From: the human T2T-CHM13v2.0 reference genome, Homo sapiens | Direction: 5' to 3' (one strand) | DNA length: 64,000 nt | NCBI RefSeq assembly: GCF_009914755.1 | Contig: NC_060939.1 | The notes under the pieces: generated by a model | Seen by the model: only the letters and a program-made list of their open reading frames with translations | What the model was told of the DNA's origin: nothing | The model's database searches: none | Part shown: one piece after another, positions 1-13,784 of the stretch | Layout: every line of letters begins with the position of its first letter | Numbering within the stretch: the stretch's first letter is position 1 | Position numbers and translations under genes: made by a program

Positions 1-186
<186 letters not shown>

Positions 187-1019
187 TAACTCTTTTTAGT
201 CTAAGTGATGACAAATAGTTATGGGTGTGTGAGGGAATTAACAAACACTTTTTTTTTTTTCAGTTTACAAAATGTTGTCACAACATTATCTCATTTTAAA
301 AAATGCATTCCTTAAAAATAAAACCTATTTTTTTTTTGCAATTTTCTATAGGGTTCAAATTATTAGCATTAGCATGTATTTAAAAAGTTTTCTTATTTTT
401 TAAAAAAACTACTTTATGCCTTGGGAATGGTGTGTGTGTGTGTTTGAATCTAAATAGCAGAAGGAGAAAATAAATGCAGGTTCTATAAATGTAACATGAA
501 AAATACTCGACAGAAAATTTTGTTCAGAAAAAAAAACCCGACCAACTAAAAAAACACACACCAAAAAAATAAAAAAATAAACAAAACAAAAATAGAAAGT
601 GGGGATGAGGTTGTCAAAGTGAGAGTCACTAAGACATCCTTTTCCTTGTTTTACCTTGGAATGTATATATTTAGGTTGATGTAGTTCCGGTTGAACTTTA
701 TAGTGAAAATAAATGATCTGATATAAATTACAGTGCTTCTGGGCTGAAACTGATGTTTATTGATTAGTTAATATTGTGTGGACAATTTATTTCCTGTACA
801 TCTTGCTACTTAGCAAAGCTGTGATATCCAGCAGGAAATGAGACATAGAAAAAATATGATGGAACAGCTGGACTTGAGCATTTATGTGTGGGAGGGAAAG
901 TCAGTGAATCTTAGGTCAGTCCAGTGATTGCAAAATCAAACAAGTGAAACCCATAAAATGAAACTCTGTGTGATGAGTGAATTTGAGTTTATACAGCATC
1001 ACTTGGTCTCATAGTAGAA

Positions 1020-1215
1020 GGATTTAAAAGTGTAGTTTTGGGTCCTTACCCTGGTTCTAATGCTTAGGAGCACCGTGATCTTGGGCAAGTCACTTTAACC
1101 TTATAAAATTTTAATTGTCTTAATTATAGAAATGAGTTTTCATTAGAATGAATGAGGTAACTTATCTCAAGTTTCTTAGCATGTTGCCTGGTGGCAGAGT
1201 AAGTGCTCAACATGG
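1020..1215 (+). mobile_element. MIR fragment
   Basis: gtgatcttgggcaagtcacttt..cttagcatgttgcctgg..gtaagtgctcaa resembles the MIR core. Confidence 0.6.
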
Positions 1216-1528
1216 TTTTAATAATAACTTATACTTACCCAACGCCTAATTGGCACCAGGTTCTTTTCTAAGCCCTTTGCATATATTACCTCATTGAACA
1301 CTCATAACAACCCCTTGGAACAGGTATTCCTATTCCAAGAGATTATCAAGAATCTCTTACCACCAAATTTCAATAAGACAGTTTTGGAATAATTCCAGAC
1401 AATGAATGTGATCAACAGGAACCAGTTACCACCATCAACAACAAATCTAGGTGTCCCAGACATGAGCCTACTGTTAGCGACACCATAAGATGGGATGGAG
1501 AGGAAGCCTTTTCTCTCCATCTTATATG

Positions 1529-1813
1529 TTTTCTTTTTTAAATTAGACACGGTCGCCTAGGCTGAATGCAATAGCATAATCCTGGCTCACTGCAGCCTCG
1601 ACCTTCTGGGTTCAAGGAATCCTCCTGCCTCAGCCTCTTAAGTAGCTGGCACTACAGGCATGTACCACCACACCTGGCTAATTTTTAAATTTTTTGTTGA
1701 GACAAGGTCTCACTATGTTGCCCAGGCTGATCTCAAACTGCTAACCTCAAGTGATCTCCTACCTTAACCTCCCAAAGTCCTGGGATTACAGGCATGAGCC
1801 ACCACGCCCAGCC
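1529..1813 (-). mobile_element. AluJ-like
   Basis: Diverged dimeric Alu, reverse orientation. Confidence 0.9.
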
Positions 1814-2785
1814 ACCGTCCGCTGTGTTTTCAATAATTGGCTTATAGACCAATAGAAAATATAGGATTTCAAAGCAGGCTTAGAATCAGACCTGCTTGGC
1901 AATGCCATCTGCATTCTTCTGATAGGAGGTTTCAGGCAGTCTATACTGAGCTTGTGCTGAACCACAAGCAGCAGTCTGCTCTTTCTTACTGTACTTACAA
2001 TTGCTTCCTCTCTTTATCATCGCCTCCAGCTCCAGGTCTACCTCCAGGCCAAGGGGGTCCTTTACCAGGAGGCCATTTGTCTGCAATTTATGAATGGCCC
2101 ATTCTGAAGGGTAAGATAAAGAAAGCGTGGGTAATAGTCTTTGTATCAGTGCAAGTAGAATTTCAAGCAAAAATACAAAATGAGTACTTTGTTGATAATC
2201 AAAAAACAAATAGTTTGAAGAATTTGTGAACCAAATGCCATTACATCAAAATATGTAAAGAAAAATCCCCTGTAGTTATATAAGATGAAATTGAAATCAG
2301 TAAAACTTCTGAGAGACTTTAATACATTGAAGTGAGTGAAAATTACCTAAAGAATCTGTGCAATATAATTACTAATGTTACATTAATAGGTAACAGAACA
2401 TTGCATGGTGAGGAAATATACCTTCTTTTCAAACATTTATGCACCATAATACAAAAACTGATTCTATGCAACGCTCCAAGGAAGATTAGAAAAAAAAAAT
2501 CCAAGTAAAACAGAAACCATCAGAAGAGACCTCGCCCTGCAGCTGCACCCATCCATTCCCTGCTTCCTCCCGCTACGGAGGCACAAATGTCTGTCTTCCT
2601 TTCCAAGACTAATTAATCCCTCCATCTGTGTTCTGCATTCCAGCTCCTCTGTGTCCTCAGAGAACTCACTCCACCCATCATCCCCTCTCTTTCCTTTATC
2701 TTCTTTCACTGTCTCTTTCCTATCAGGGTTAATATGACCAGCGGGTCTCTTCCCATCTTAAATAAAAGTATAATTTTAAAAATGT

Positions 2786-2918
2786 CTATGTATATACATG
2801 TATATACATATGTGTGTATATACATATGTGTATATATATGTGTATGTTTATATATGTGTATGTATATGGGTGTATAATATTTATATATAAAAATATTTTT
2901 AAATTATATATATATATA
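2786..2918. repeat. (TA/TG)n low-complexity microsatellite
   Basis: tatgtatatacatgtatatacatatgtgtg.. Confidence 0.85.
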
Positions 2919-3344
2919 GAACACTCTTTTAATCACGTCTCCAGCTACGACCCTAATTTTTCACCTACTCTTTATCGCCAAGTCTTGAAAAAACTGTTTA
3001 CATTTGCTGTCTCTAATTTTTCATCATCAATGTATTCCTCAGATCACAGCTTCCTGTGCCAGCTACTTGATTGAAACTGCTTTGGCAAAGCACATTAACA
3101 GTCTCTTTACTGCTCATCCAAAAGGCACTTTTAAGCCCTCATCTGCAGAGCACTTGGTACTCCTGGCTCCTGCCTCCTTAAAATCCTCTGCCTCACAGGA
3201 TTCTCACTTCATTTCTGGTCAGACCTAGAACTGGGCCGTCTCTTGCAGGACAGTGAAGAAATGCTGAAAAGTTTGTGACTGTGGACCAGTCCTCCCTTTC
3301 TGCCCTTTATGACTTGAGTTCTCCCTCTCTATATCCTGCGCCCG

Positions 3345-3530
3345 TGCTGCTCAAAATGTGGCTCACAGTCTAGCAGTATCAGCATCACCTGGGAGGCTGC
3401 TGCTGGTCGGGCACATTCTTGGGCTCCACCCTAAACTGCTGGATCTGAATTTCTATGGGTGGAGCAGGTGTCTGTGTTTTAACAAGTTTTCTAGATGATT
3501 CATATTTAGGTAAAATGTTTGGGAAGTACT
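3345..3530. mobile_element. MER5A-like hAT DNA transposon
   Basis: tgctcaaaatgtgg..cagcatcacctgggag..tctgtgttttaacaag..gggaagtactg. Confidence 0.7.
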
Positions 3531-4510
3531 GCCTTATCAGCGTATCACAGAGACTTCTACAAATGTATGAAACTTTAGTGGAGGGTTACAGAAATGAAAG
3601 GGAATTCCAGTTTAGGAGATGATCCTTATAGGCTGCTCCTTGTTCTTAGCTTTGCCTGGGTGCTCGGCAGTGTGCTTTCTCTCCAAGAGTTATATAGTAG
3701 GCAGCTCCACCCAGAAGAACATTTTCCTCAAGTTTGAGGCTTTTTGGCTAAAATCAACTGCAAGGGATTTGATTTGCAGGGTTTCATTAAAGTGTGTAAT
3801 TATCAATGGGACAATGGTTGGAATATACACATATATGCACACACACCCCTAGACAAATGCTTCCCCAAGATACCACAGCCTACATTCACAAAGATTTTGC
3901 AAGAGAGCCCAACCAATATGCCCAAATAGGTTTTCTTCAGTTCAGTAAAGCTTTCTAATTTATATGTATTTTCAAAACAATTTTTATTACATATATAATA
4001 TGCTGTATATGTGTTGTAAAAAAAATCCAGAATATCCAGGCAAGGAAATTGACAAACATGTCATGTATTCAATCACACTGCCAAGAGATTACATGTGTTA
4101 TCATATTAGTGTGTATCCTTCCGGGGATGAGGTGAAGTGGTTGAGGATGCATAACATATATTGATAATTTATATTGTAAAATTAATACATACTTTTTATA
4201 AAACTTAAAAAGTTTTTTAAACTTACAAAAACTTCAAATGGCACAGAAGGATATAAAATGGAAAGTAAATGTCACCCTCTACCATCCACAAACTCCTAAC
4301 CAGTTCCACTTTTTAGAGGTCTAAACAGGATGAATGGTTGCTTCTATTAAGATATTTCCTATGGATGTGTATGTGTGCACCTTTCCATACAAACATGTAT
4401 GCTTTTGAGAAGTATACAGAATTGATCATTAGGTATAAACTTTTTTACAATTTCTTTTTATTCACTGAGGTTTTTTTGCCTATCAGTTCTCATAATTTGG
4501 CTTGTTTTTT

Positions 4511-4786
4511 TTGTTTTTGAGATGGAGTCTTGCTCTGTCGCCCAGGCTGGTGTTCAGTGGTATGGTCTCGGCTCACTCCTGGGTTCAAGCAATTCTCATG
4601 CCTCAACCTCCTGAGTAGCTGGGATTGTAGGTGCCAGCCACCATGCCTGGATAATTTTTGTATTTTTTAGTAGAGACAGGGTTTCACCATGTTGGCCAGG
4701 CTGGTCTTGAACTCCTGACCTCAAGTGATCCACCCGCCTCAGCCTCTTAAAGTGCTGGGATTACAGGCGTGAGCCACTGCACCCAG
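4511..4786 (-). mobile_element. AluS-like with TSD and small internal deletion
   Basis: TSD TTGGCTTGTTTTTT at 4497-4510 and 4787-4800. Confidence 0.92.
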
Positions 4787-5240
4787 TTGGCTTGTTTTTT
4801 AACTGGTGATATAAAAGGACATTACATAATTTATTTAACCAGACTCATATCAATGAGCATTTAGATTTTCTCTCAGTGTTACAACAACTTTGTACTTTTG
4901 TGCAAGCATGTCTTTATGTGCTTTTAGTTCTCAAAGATACTGTAATTTCTCTTCTCTCTTCATAATCTTCTTGACATTTTGATTTTTCTGTGAACTAGTT
5001 TTTCAAGTGTCTGATCAATTTTCCTGCTAATTTGTGTTTTTTTCTTACTGATTTGTAAACACTCTGGATATTAAGAAAACAGTCTTTGCCTATAATTATA
5101 ATTTTTCCTTCTTTGACATTTAATTTTGCTTAATTTTTATTTCAAATGATTAATATTTTCCTTCGATTTTCTCAAGGCATTTTTTTATATCTTGAGAGAG
5201 AGAGATTTAAATGTTGTTTTTGTAGGTTGTGTCCATTTTT

Positions 5241-5545
<305 letters not shown>

Positions 5546-6281
5546 TAAAAGTTCATTCCAACATATTCTATCTTTTCTCTAGCCATTGCAAATGGGGCAT
5601 TTTCTTCCATTATTTTTCTAAATGATTATTCTTGGTATTTCTAAAATCTAATAATTTTTTAATATTAATTTCTTCTTGATTTCCAATGTTTAGACTATTT
5701 TTTTCTTGCCTAATTACCTTGGCTAATCTTTTAAAAACTCTTCAGTCATACGGTGCTGACTGGTATCCCATCATTTCCCCAATTAAACAGCAGTGTTTCT
5801 AATGTTTAAGCATTAAGCATATTAATCATGACTTGCATTTATAAATGGTGTTACAAACATTTACTTTATTTTATATACAGAATTTTTATCAGGAATAATG
5901 ACTGAATTTTACTAAATGCTGGAAACTTATTTGAGGTAATCAAACTTTTCTACTTTGTCTATTAATATAGTAAATTACATTAGTAGGTTTCCTAAATTTG
6001 AGCAACACTAGCATTTGTTGGGTAAACTTCATTTGTATATAGTGCATAATTCAAATTTATGATTAAATTTTCTTTTCAAATATTTTACTTAGGAATTTGG
6101 TATCAAATAGATGTTAATGACATTGGAATGTAGTTTTATCTCCAAAATTGTACTGTGTAAAATTTTCAAGCATACATAAAAGTTGATAAAATAACACAAT
6201 TCACTACTGTACATTTTTTCAACTAGATTCACTAATTACTTATATTTTGCTACATTGGTTCATTATCCCTATCACTCTATC

Positions 6282-6282
<1 letters not shown>

Positions 6283-6333
<51 letters not shown>
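6283..6333. repeat. (CTAT)n tetranucleotide STR, about 12 perfect units
   Basis: Read directly. Confidence 0.97.
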
Positions 6334-8211
6334 ATTCCTCCATCCAACTAGCTAGCTGACCCTTGTTAATTTACAGACATCACAACACTTACTTCTAAGT
6401 ATTAATACTTTAGCATGACTCTTCTAAAAATAAGGATCTTCTTCATAACATCATCTCACTAGTACACCTAAAAAATTATAATTTCTAAATATTATCTAAT
6501 ATCCAATCTATGTTAAAATTTCTCCTTTTATAGTTGTTTTTCCCCTTGAACTGGTCAAGGCTCACTCATTGCATTTAGTTTTTCTATCTCTTTAGTTTCT
6601 TTTTTTTTAGTGCACTTATTTTTTCATGGTATCGACTTTGTAAAGAGTTCATTCCAGTTGTATTTTAGCATGTCCCATATTCTGGATTTGTCTAATCCAG
6701 ACAAAATTTGTTAATTTGATTAATTTGTTGATCTCCCTCACGTAATTCCTGTGAATTGATCAGCAAGGTCTTAGGTTTAATTAGAATTGGATTGAACATT
6801 TGTGGCAGCAGCACATCAAAAGTGATGCGTGATTTATGTTGCATCATATCAGGAAGTTGATGATGTCAGCTTGATCCAGTATTACTCACACAGGTGGTGA
6901 ACTACACATACTGTGTTGTATAGATCCATGTTTCCCTGTAAGAAATCTGCAGAGTGATGCCTTGACAACGTGTAAATATTCTGGCTTGCAACAGTCTTTC
7001 ACACAATGGCTTTAGTGTACATTGATGATCCTTGCCTGAAACAGTATTTAACACAGAGAGTTGCAAACGGTTATTTTCTAATTCTATCATTCCTTCTTCA
7101 CTCATTCTTCTGTTTTTAAAAAAAGGTTTCTGTTTCTTAATTTCTCACTCTGTATTCAGAGATTTTTATTTATTTAATGTTTTATATGTTACTGACAATA
7201 TTCTTTTTGGGTTTCAAATTGTCCAAAATGTAGCCAGTGGGAGCACTTTAAACTGTCTTCTTTTGTCATAATTCCATTGAATTTTAGACATTGCCTTGGT
7301 TTCTAGAGCAACAGGTGTTCCAAGCCCACCTTGAATTTTCCCTACTCCAGACCTGGCATTACCTGGTTTTTCATGGAGAGTTGGTTATTTTTAGTGGACT
7401 TTGTGTGTGTGTGTCTGTGTGTGTGTGCATATGTGTCTATGTTGGGTTACACCTTCAACACTCAGCCAAGGTAATTGACAACTTTGTTCTGGCCTTTACT
7501 TCCTGCTTCCTTAGAGTCTGTAGGTTAGCCATAGATGACAGCTTAGGACCTTCTCAGGTTGTTTCTGGGCATGCACAAAGCTCTGGCATACGCAGAGCCC
7601 CACATAGACATGCGGTCTTCTAGATTTTCAGGAATATGTTGGAGTTTTTCAAAACCACCTGTGGACATCTCATTCCCAGCTTTTTGGTTAGCTTATTGTT
7701 TTCCCCAATTGTTATCCACCACCTCATGCAGCCTCAATGTTATATAAGTATCTCTGATTGTTTTGGACAAATGCCTCCTGGGGAAAAGCTGTTTACACTG
7801 GGCAAACTCCCAGTTAGATAAACCAAAGACAGCTTTGTGAGTGAAGTCTTCCAGGGAACCACTACACAGGTCAAATAATAATTGGGAATTGGGCATTGAA
7901 GGAGCTCCAAACCCATTCTACCCCTGCAAAGTCTGCCAGGCTGCTGGTTTGCACTATGATTACGGGCTGTTGTTTTCAAGGTTACCATGGAGGTGGAGAA
8001 TGGGGAGAGATGGAAATAGGCAGCTTAGCATGCCACAAAGCTCACTGTTCTTACTGAGCATTTTTCTTTGATAATTACTGCTCAGATTGTTGCAAGCCTT
8101 TGGTTAATTTCCAGAGTTTTAAAAATGTTGGTTCTGACCATGTTTTTACTGATTTTATGGAGGAGAGGATTTTTCAGAAGTCTTTATCACTTTTGCTTGT
8201 TTGTTCAAATT

Positions 8212-8437
<226 letters not shown>

Positions 8438-8514
8438 TTAATCTTTTCTTTACTTACCAGTTTTCAAAAACGATGAGCTGTTTGCTAGCCTCCTTAAAAT
8501 GACTGATGCTGTAG

Positions 8515-8848
<334 letters not shown>

Positions 8849-8869
8849 CCCCTCCTTTTTTTTAAAAAA

Positions 8870-9760
8870 AGCTAAATAAGAATCCATTGTAGGTATATAC
8901 CAAAAAACATCTGTGAGAACCATGATTTCCAGTAGGTAATTGTCTAGGCCAAGGATCACGAATTTTTTCTGTGAAAGCCCAGATAGCACAGTAAATATTT
9001 TAGGTTTATTGAGCTGTATGATCTTCACTACCATGACTCAATTCTGCCTTTGTAGAGCAAAAACAGCCTTATCCATTCATCCATAGACAGATACTTAGGT
9101 TGTTTCTTCCTTTCGTTTATTGGGAATAATGCTGCCATGATCATCAATGTACCAATGTCTGTTTGTGTCCCTGCTTTCAATTCTTTTGGGTATATTCCTA
9201 GAGGTGGAATTGCTGGATCATATGGTAATTCTATGTTTAATATCTTGAGGACTTGCCATACTATTTTCCATGGTAGTTGTACCATTTAACATTTTCACCA
9301 CCAGTTCACAAGGGTTCTTTTCGCCACATCCTCACCAATACTTGTTATTTTCTGCTTGTTTTGTTATTTTTTTTGTGTGTAATTCTCATCCTAATAGGTG
9401 TGAAGTGGTACCTGATTGTGGTTTTGATTTTCAATTCCCTAATAATTATTGATACTGAGCATTTTCATGTGCTTATTGGCCATTTGTATAGCTGTTTTGG
9501 AGAAATCCAAGTCCTTTTGTCCTTTTTATTGAATAGGTTGTTTTTTGTTGTTGTTGAGTTACAAGTATTCTTTATATATGCTAGATAATAACCCCTTTCC
9601 AAGATGTGATTTGCAAATGTTTTCCCCCATTCCGTGGGTTGCCTCTTCATTCTGTTCATAGTGTCCTTTTGTGCACAAAGGTTTGATTTTGATTTGGTCA
9701 AATTTAGTCTTTTTTCATGTGTTTCCTGTGCTTTTAGTGTCATATCCAAGATACCACTGC
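8870..9760 (-). mobile_element. Old L1M fragment (ORF2 3' end)
   Basis: Minus-strand ORFs VQLPWKIVWQVLKILNIELPYDPAIPPLGIYPKE and MKRQPTEWGKTFANH resemble the L1 ORF2 C-terminus. Confidence 0.88.
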
Positions 9761-10416
9761 CCTATTTTTTAACCTTCCTTTTTTAAAGTCTTCAATGTGT
9801 ATATTGGCAGGCTTTCCACGTTAGGTCATATAGCTTCTTATCATTACTTTTATCAGTTGTAGAGTATTCCTGAGTATGGATGTTCTTGTTTATGTAATCT
9901 TTCCCATATTGATGGACATTTAGGTACGGTTCAGTCTTTCCTTTTACATGTATACATGTTAAACAAACAAAAAATCTGGAATGGACATTCATCAAAGTGT
10001 TAGAAGTGATTATCTCTGGGCAATAGGGTTAGAAAAAGATTTATTTTGTATTTTTGTTTATCTACATTTTCTAATTTTTAATAATAAACAGGTATTTCTA
10101 TTTAATAAAAACTTGCAAACTAGTCAATCAATATATTGATATCCTTTGCTTCACTAATTTCACTCTGGAGAGTTTATCCAAAAAAAATTGTTTTGCGTAA
10201 GTTAGACAAAAACATCTGCTTGAAGTAATTCGTATCATTGATAATGTTCTAGTTTCATTTAGAAACAGACAATCTTCAGAGAGGGGACTAGTGAGATAAA
10301 ATATCATATATGAGCTTAGATTATTATGTGAACACAGAAATTAAATTATCAGTGTATGTAGCAGTGTGAAAAAACATCTCTGAGGACCAGGATTTCCAGT
10401 AGGTAATTGTCTAGGC

Positions 10417-10593
10417 CAAGGATCATGAAATTTTTCTGTGAAAAGTCAGATAGTAAAGTAAATATTTTAGCCTTATTGAGCCATATGGTCTTCATTACTA
10501 CAACTCAATTCTACCTTGAAGAGCATAAACAGCCTTAAATGAATGAAGAGATGTGGCTAGATTTGGCCCAGGGGCCACAGTTTGCAGACCCTC
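10417..10593 (+). mobile_element. MER58A-like hAT-Charlie element
   Basis: tttttctgtgaaa..cagatagtaaa..tattttag..gatttggccc..cagtttgcagaccc. Confidence 0.75.
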
Positions 10594-10706
10594 ATCAAAG
10601 CACATGGATTGGGCCATGAGAGTAAAGGTAATTGAGGTAGGCAGTGCATTTACTTTAAACGTTTCTTTAATGTTATTTAAGGGTGTATTTAAATGAAATT
10701 ATGTAA

Positions 10707-11022
<316 letters not shown>

Positions 11023-11138
11023 GAAATGAAATATAGTTAAGAATATTTTGCAGACGCCCCCAGTTTTGATTGACTTGCTCATTTTCATGGGCCTTTAGTG
11101 TACTGGTTTTATTGCAGTTGCGTTCTGTTCTTTCCCAG

Positions 11139-11213
11139 GAGAAGAAAATGTAATTGCTGTTCCTTTGGGAAGTCGAAGTGTGAGAATTACAGTGAAAGGA
11201 CCTGCCCACCTCT
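11139..11213 (+). CDS. ADAMTSL3: ADAMTSL3 coding exon (exon 8 by recalled numbering), 75 nt, phase 1-1, spacer region
   Basis: tttcccag|GA acceptor and CT|gtaagt donor; translates (R)EENVIAVPLGSRSVRITVKGPAHL(F), recognised as ADAMTSL3; frame joins the next exon. Confidence 0.95.
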
Positions 11214-11339
11214 GTAAGTAGAATTTAATCTTAACATTTTTTAATATCCTGAAAGTTTAGTTAGCCAAAAAAAACAAAAAACAAAAAACCCACAAACCAA
11301 ACCAACAAGCAAAAAAACTTTCTCTAAGTTAATGGGTAA

Positions 11340-12085
11340 TGTTACTGAACTTGCGTCCACTTACTTGGCACAGCAAAGCTAAACACTGACATTAGGATTT
11401 GCAGCCAGAGACAGTGAGGCATTTATTGCAGAGCACCAAGCAAGGAGAATCAAACAGCTCATGCTTAAGACCTGAACTCCCAGATGTGTTACATGTAAGG
11501 ATTTTTAAAGACAGGGAGATAGAAGTTACAGGCAAAGTCACAAATTAATACTGGAGGCTACGCACTGGTTTGACCTGAAAAGGTGGAATATCTTGAAGTG
11601 GGGGCTTACAGACCATAGGTAGATTCAAATATTTTCTGATTTGCAATTGGTTAAGAGAGGGAAGTTTTGCCTAAAGACTCGGAGTCAGCAGAAAAGAATG
11701 TTAGATCTGGCCCTTGGGCGTGATCTCCTCCAGGTGCCTCAGGAAGAAATGTAGGACAAAGAAAGGCAGTCAGAGTTCAGCCTCAGTTCCCTCTTACCGG
11801 AGGTCTCTGTGCCGGTGGATCCATTTGGTAGGGATCTAGATTTCCTGAAAAACTACCCAGGGACATATGTTAAAATGTTATCTTCAGTTTCTATAGGGAA
11901 CCATACATCCTGTGACTCTAACTTTTTCTGGCTATTGTTTTAATCCACTATTACCTTGTTGCCTGTGAAGTTGCTCATTACTTCTCAAGGCTAGCTAGAT
12001 GCCTGGAATTTCTCTTGAAGGAATTCAAGATTTTCCCTTATTTCCATTCATGGGGGTGGTGGTACCCTGTTGGGTACCCCCAACT
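11340..12085. mobile_element. Probable ERV solo LTR (family not determined)
   Basis: Starts TGTTAC; gcatttattgcag..caagcaaggagaatc..agctcatgcttaagacc resembles recalled ERV1-class LTRs; right boundary uncertain. Confidence 0.55.
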
Positions 12086-12253
12086 ATTCTGTAGTGGGCA
12101 AAATAGTCTATATAACCAGGGAAATTATCTGTATTGTACCCTGAATTTTTCTGTTCTCATACCCCAATGGGAAATTTGCCTGTTTAAGATTAATCCCCTC
12201 ATGGGAGAATAAAAACCAAATTTTATGTCAAATAAACTATTTTTGTATAGGAT

Positions 12254-12598
12254 GGCTGGGTGTGGTGGTTCACGCCTGTAATGCCAGCTCTTTGAGAGGC
12301 TGTGGCAGGAGGATCACTTGAGTCTAGGAGTTTGAGACAAGCCTGGGCAGCACAGGAAGACCCCAACTCTACGAAAAATTAAAAAAAAAAATTAGCTAGG
12401 CATAGTGGCGCACGCCTGTAGTCCAAGCTACTCAAGAGGTTGAGGTAGTCCAGGGAGTAGCTTGGCTACTACAGGCATGTAGTCCATGCTACTCCTTGCG
12501 CCTAGGAGTTCAAGGTTGCAGTGAGCTCTGATTGCACCACTGCAATCTGCCACTCCAGCCTGAGTGACACAGGAAGACCATGTCTCTAAAATAATAAT
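12254..12598 (+). mobile_element. AluJ-like with a 49-bp internal templated insertion
   Basis: Dimeric Alu consensus interrupted at 12446-12494. Confidence 0.9.
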
Positions 12599-12951
12599 AG
12601 TATATGGAGAGTAAAGTAAGATTTGGGAATGTTCTGGAGATTTTAGCAAAGTGGGACAAAACAAAACAAAATTTAAAATACAAAACCTTATCAGTGAATA
12701 TGGCTGATCAGAACAAGCCTTGCTGCTAGCACATCACAGCTTCCCATGTAGGGGTCCCTGAAGGCTGACACTGTTTTCCCAGAATACTGTGATTTTCAAA
12801 TAATAAATAGATTATTGTGATGATTTCACTCTGGGAATACACTGAAACCATTAAATTATGCATTTTAAAAGGGCAAAGTTTATGGCATGCAAAGTATATA
12901 TGGAAAAGATGCTTAAAAAACAAAAAAATGCAATGGATGGTCTTGATATTC

Positions 12952-13506
12952 TCATGATATTAAAGGCCATTCCCCAAAATTCAGCTCCAAAACTAGTTTT
13001 ATAAATTGTAAAAACAGAATAAGTAAGCAATAAATAGAATAAGTAAAGGTGAGGGAGGTGGAGCCAAGATGGCCGAATAGGAATAGCTCCAGTCTACAGC
13101 TCCCAGCATGAGTGACGTAGAAGACGGGTGATTTCTGCATTTCCAACTGAGGTACCGGGTTCCTCTCTCTGGGGAGTGTCGGAAAGTGGGTGCAGGACAG
13201 TAGGTGCAGCACACTGAGCCTGAGCCAAAGCAGGGCAAGGCATCGCGTCACCCGGGAAGCGCAATGGGTCAGGGAATTCCCTTTCCTAGTCAAAGAAAGG
13301 GGTGACAGACGGCACCTGGAAAATCGGGTCACTCCCACCCTAATACTGTGCTTTTCCAATGGTCTTAGCAAATGGCACACCAGGAGATTATATCCCACGT
13401 CTGGCTCAGAGGGTCCTATGCCCACGGAGCCTTGCTCATTGCTAGCACAGCAGTCTGAGATCAAACTGCAAGGTGGCAGCGAGGCTGGGGGAGGGGCACC
13501 CACCAT
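12952..13506 (-). other. L1 antisense ORF0 homologue extended to 184 aa; expression unknown
   Basis: MVGAPPPASLPPCSLISDCCASN..IRVGVTRFSRC matches the recalled L1 ORF0p; GCA-ATG-G start context; frame stays open past the L1 5' end. Confidence 0.75.
13066..13074 (+). promoter_or_regulatory. L1 5'UTR YY1 site
   Basis: AAGATGGCC intact at about +14 to +22 of the element. Confidence 0.8.
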
Positions 13507-13784
13507 TGCTGAGGCTTGCCTCTGTAGACTCCACCTACTCCACCTAGGGGTGCCTGCCTGCCTCTGTAGACTCCACTTCTGGGGGCAGGGCACAGCCAAA
13601 CAAAAGGCAGCAGAATCCTCTGCAGACTTAAATGTCCCTGTCTGACAGCTTTGAAGAGAGTAGTGGTTCTCCCAGCACGCAGCTTGAGATCTGAGAATGG
13701 ACAGACTGCCTCCTCAAGTGGGTCCCTGACCCCGGAGTCACCCCCTAGTAGGGGCAGACTGACAGCTCACACGGCCAGGTACTC

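Noticed and set aside
1837-2229. Overlapping 130-aa and 107-aa ORFs on opposite strands
   Set aside because: Non-ATG starts, no recognisable domain, and they do not fit the ADAMTSL3 exon chain. Consistent with chance.
2814-3074. 86-aa ORF rich in Tyr/Ile/Met/Cys
   Set aside because: Translation of a (TA/TG)n microsatellite.
6681-6710. Small overlapping inverted repeats TCTGGATT..AATCCAGA
   Set aside because: An 8-bp stem is too short to separate from chance in 64 kb.
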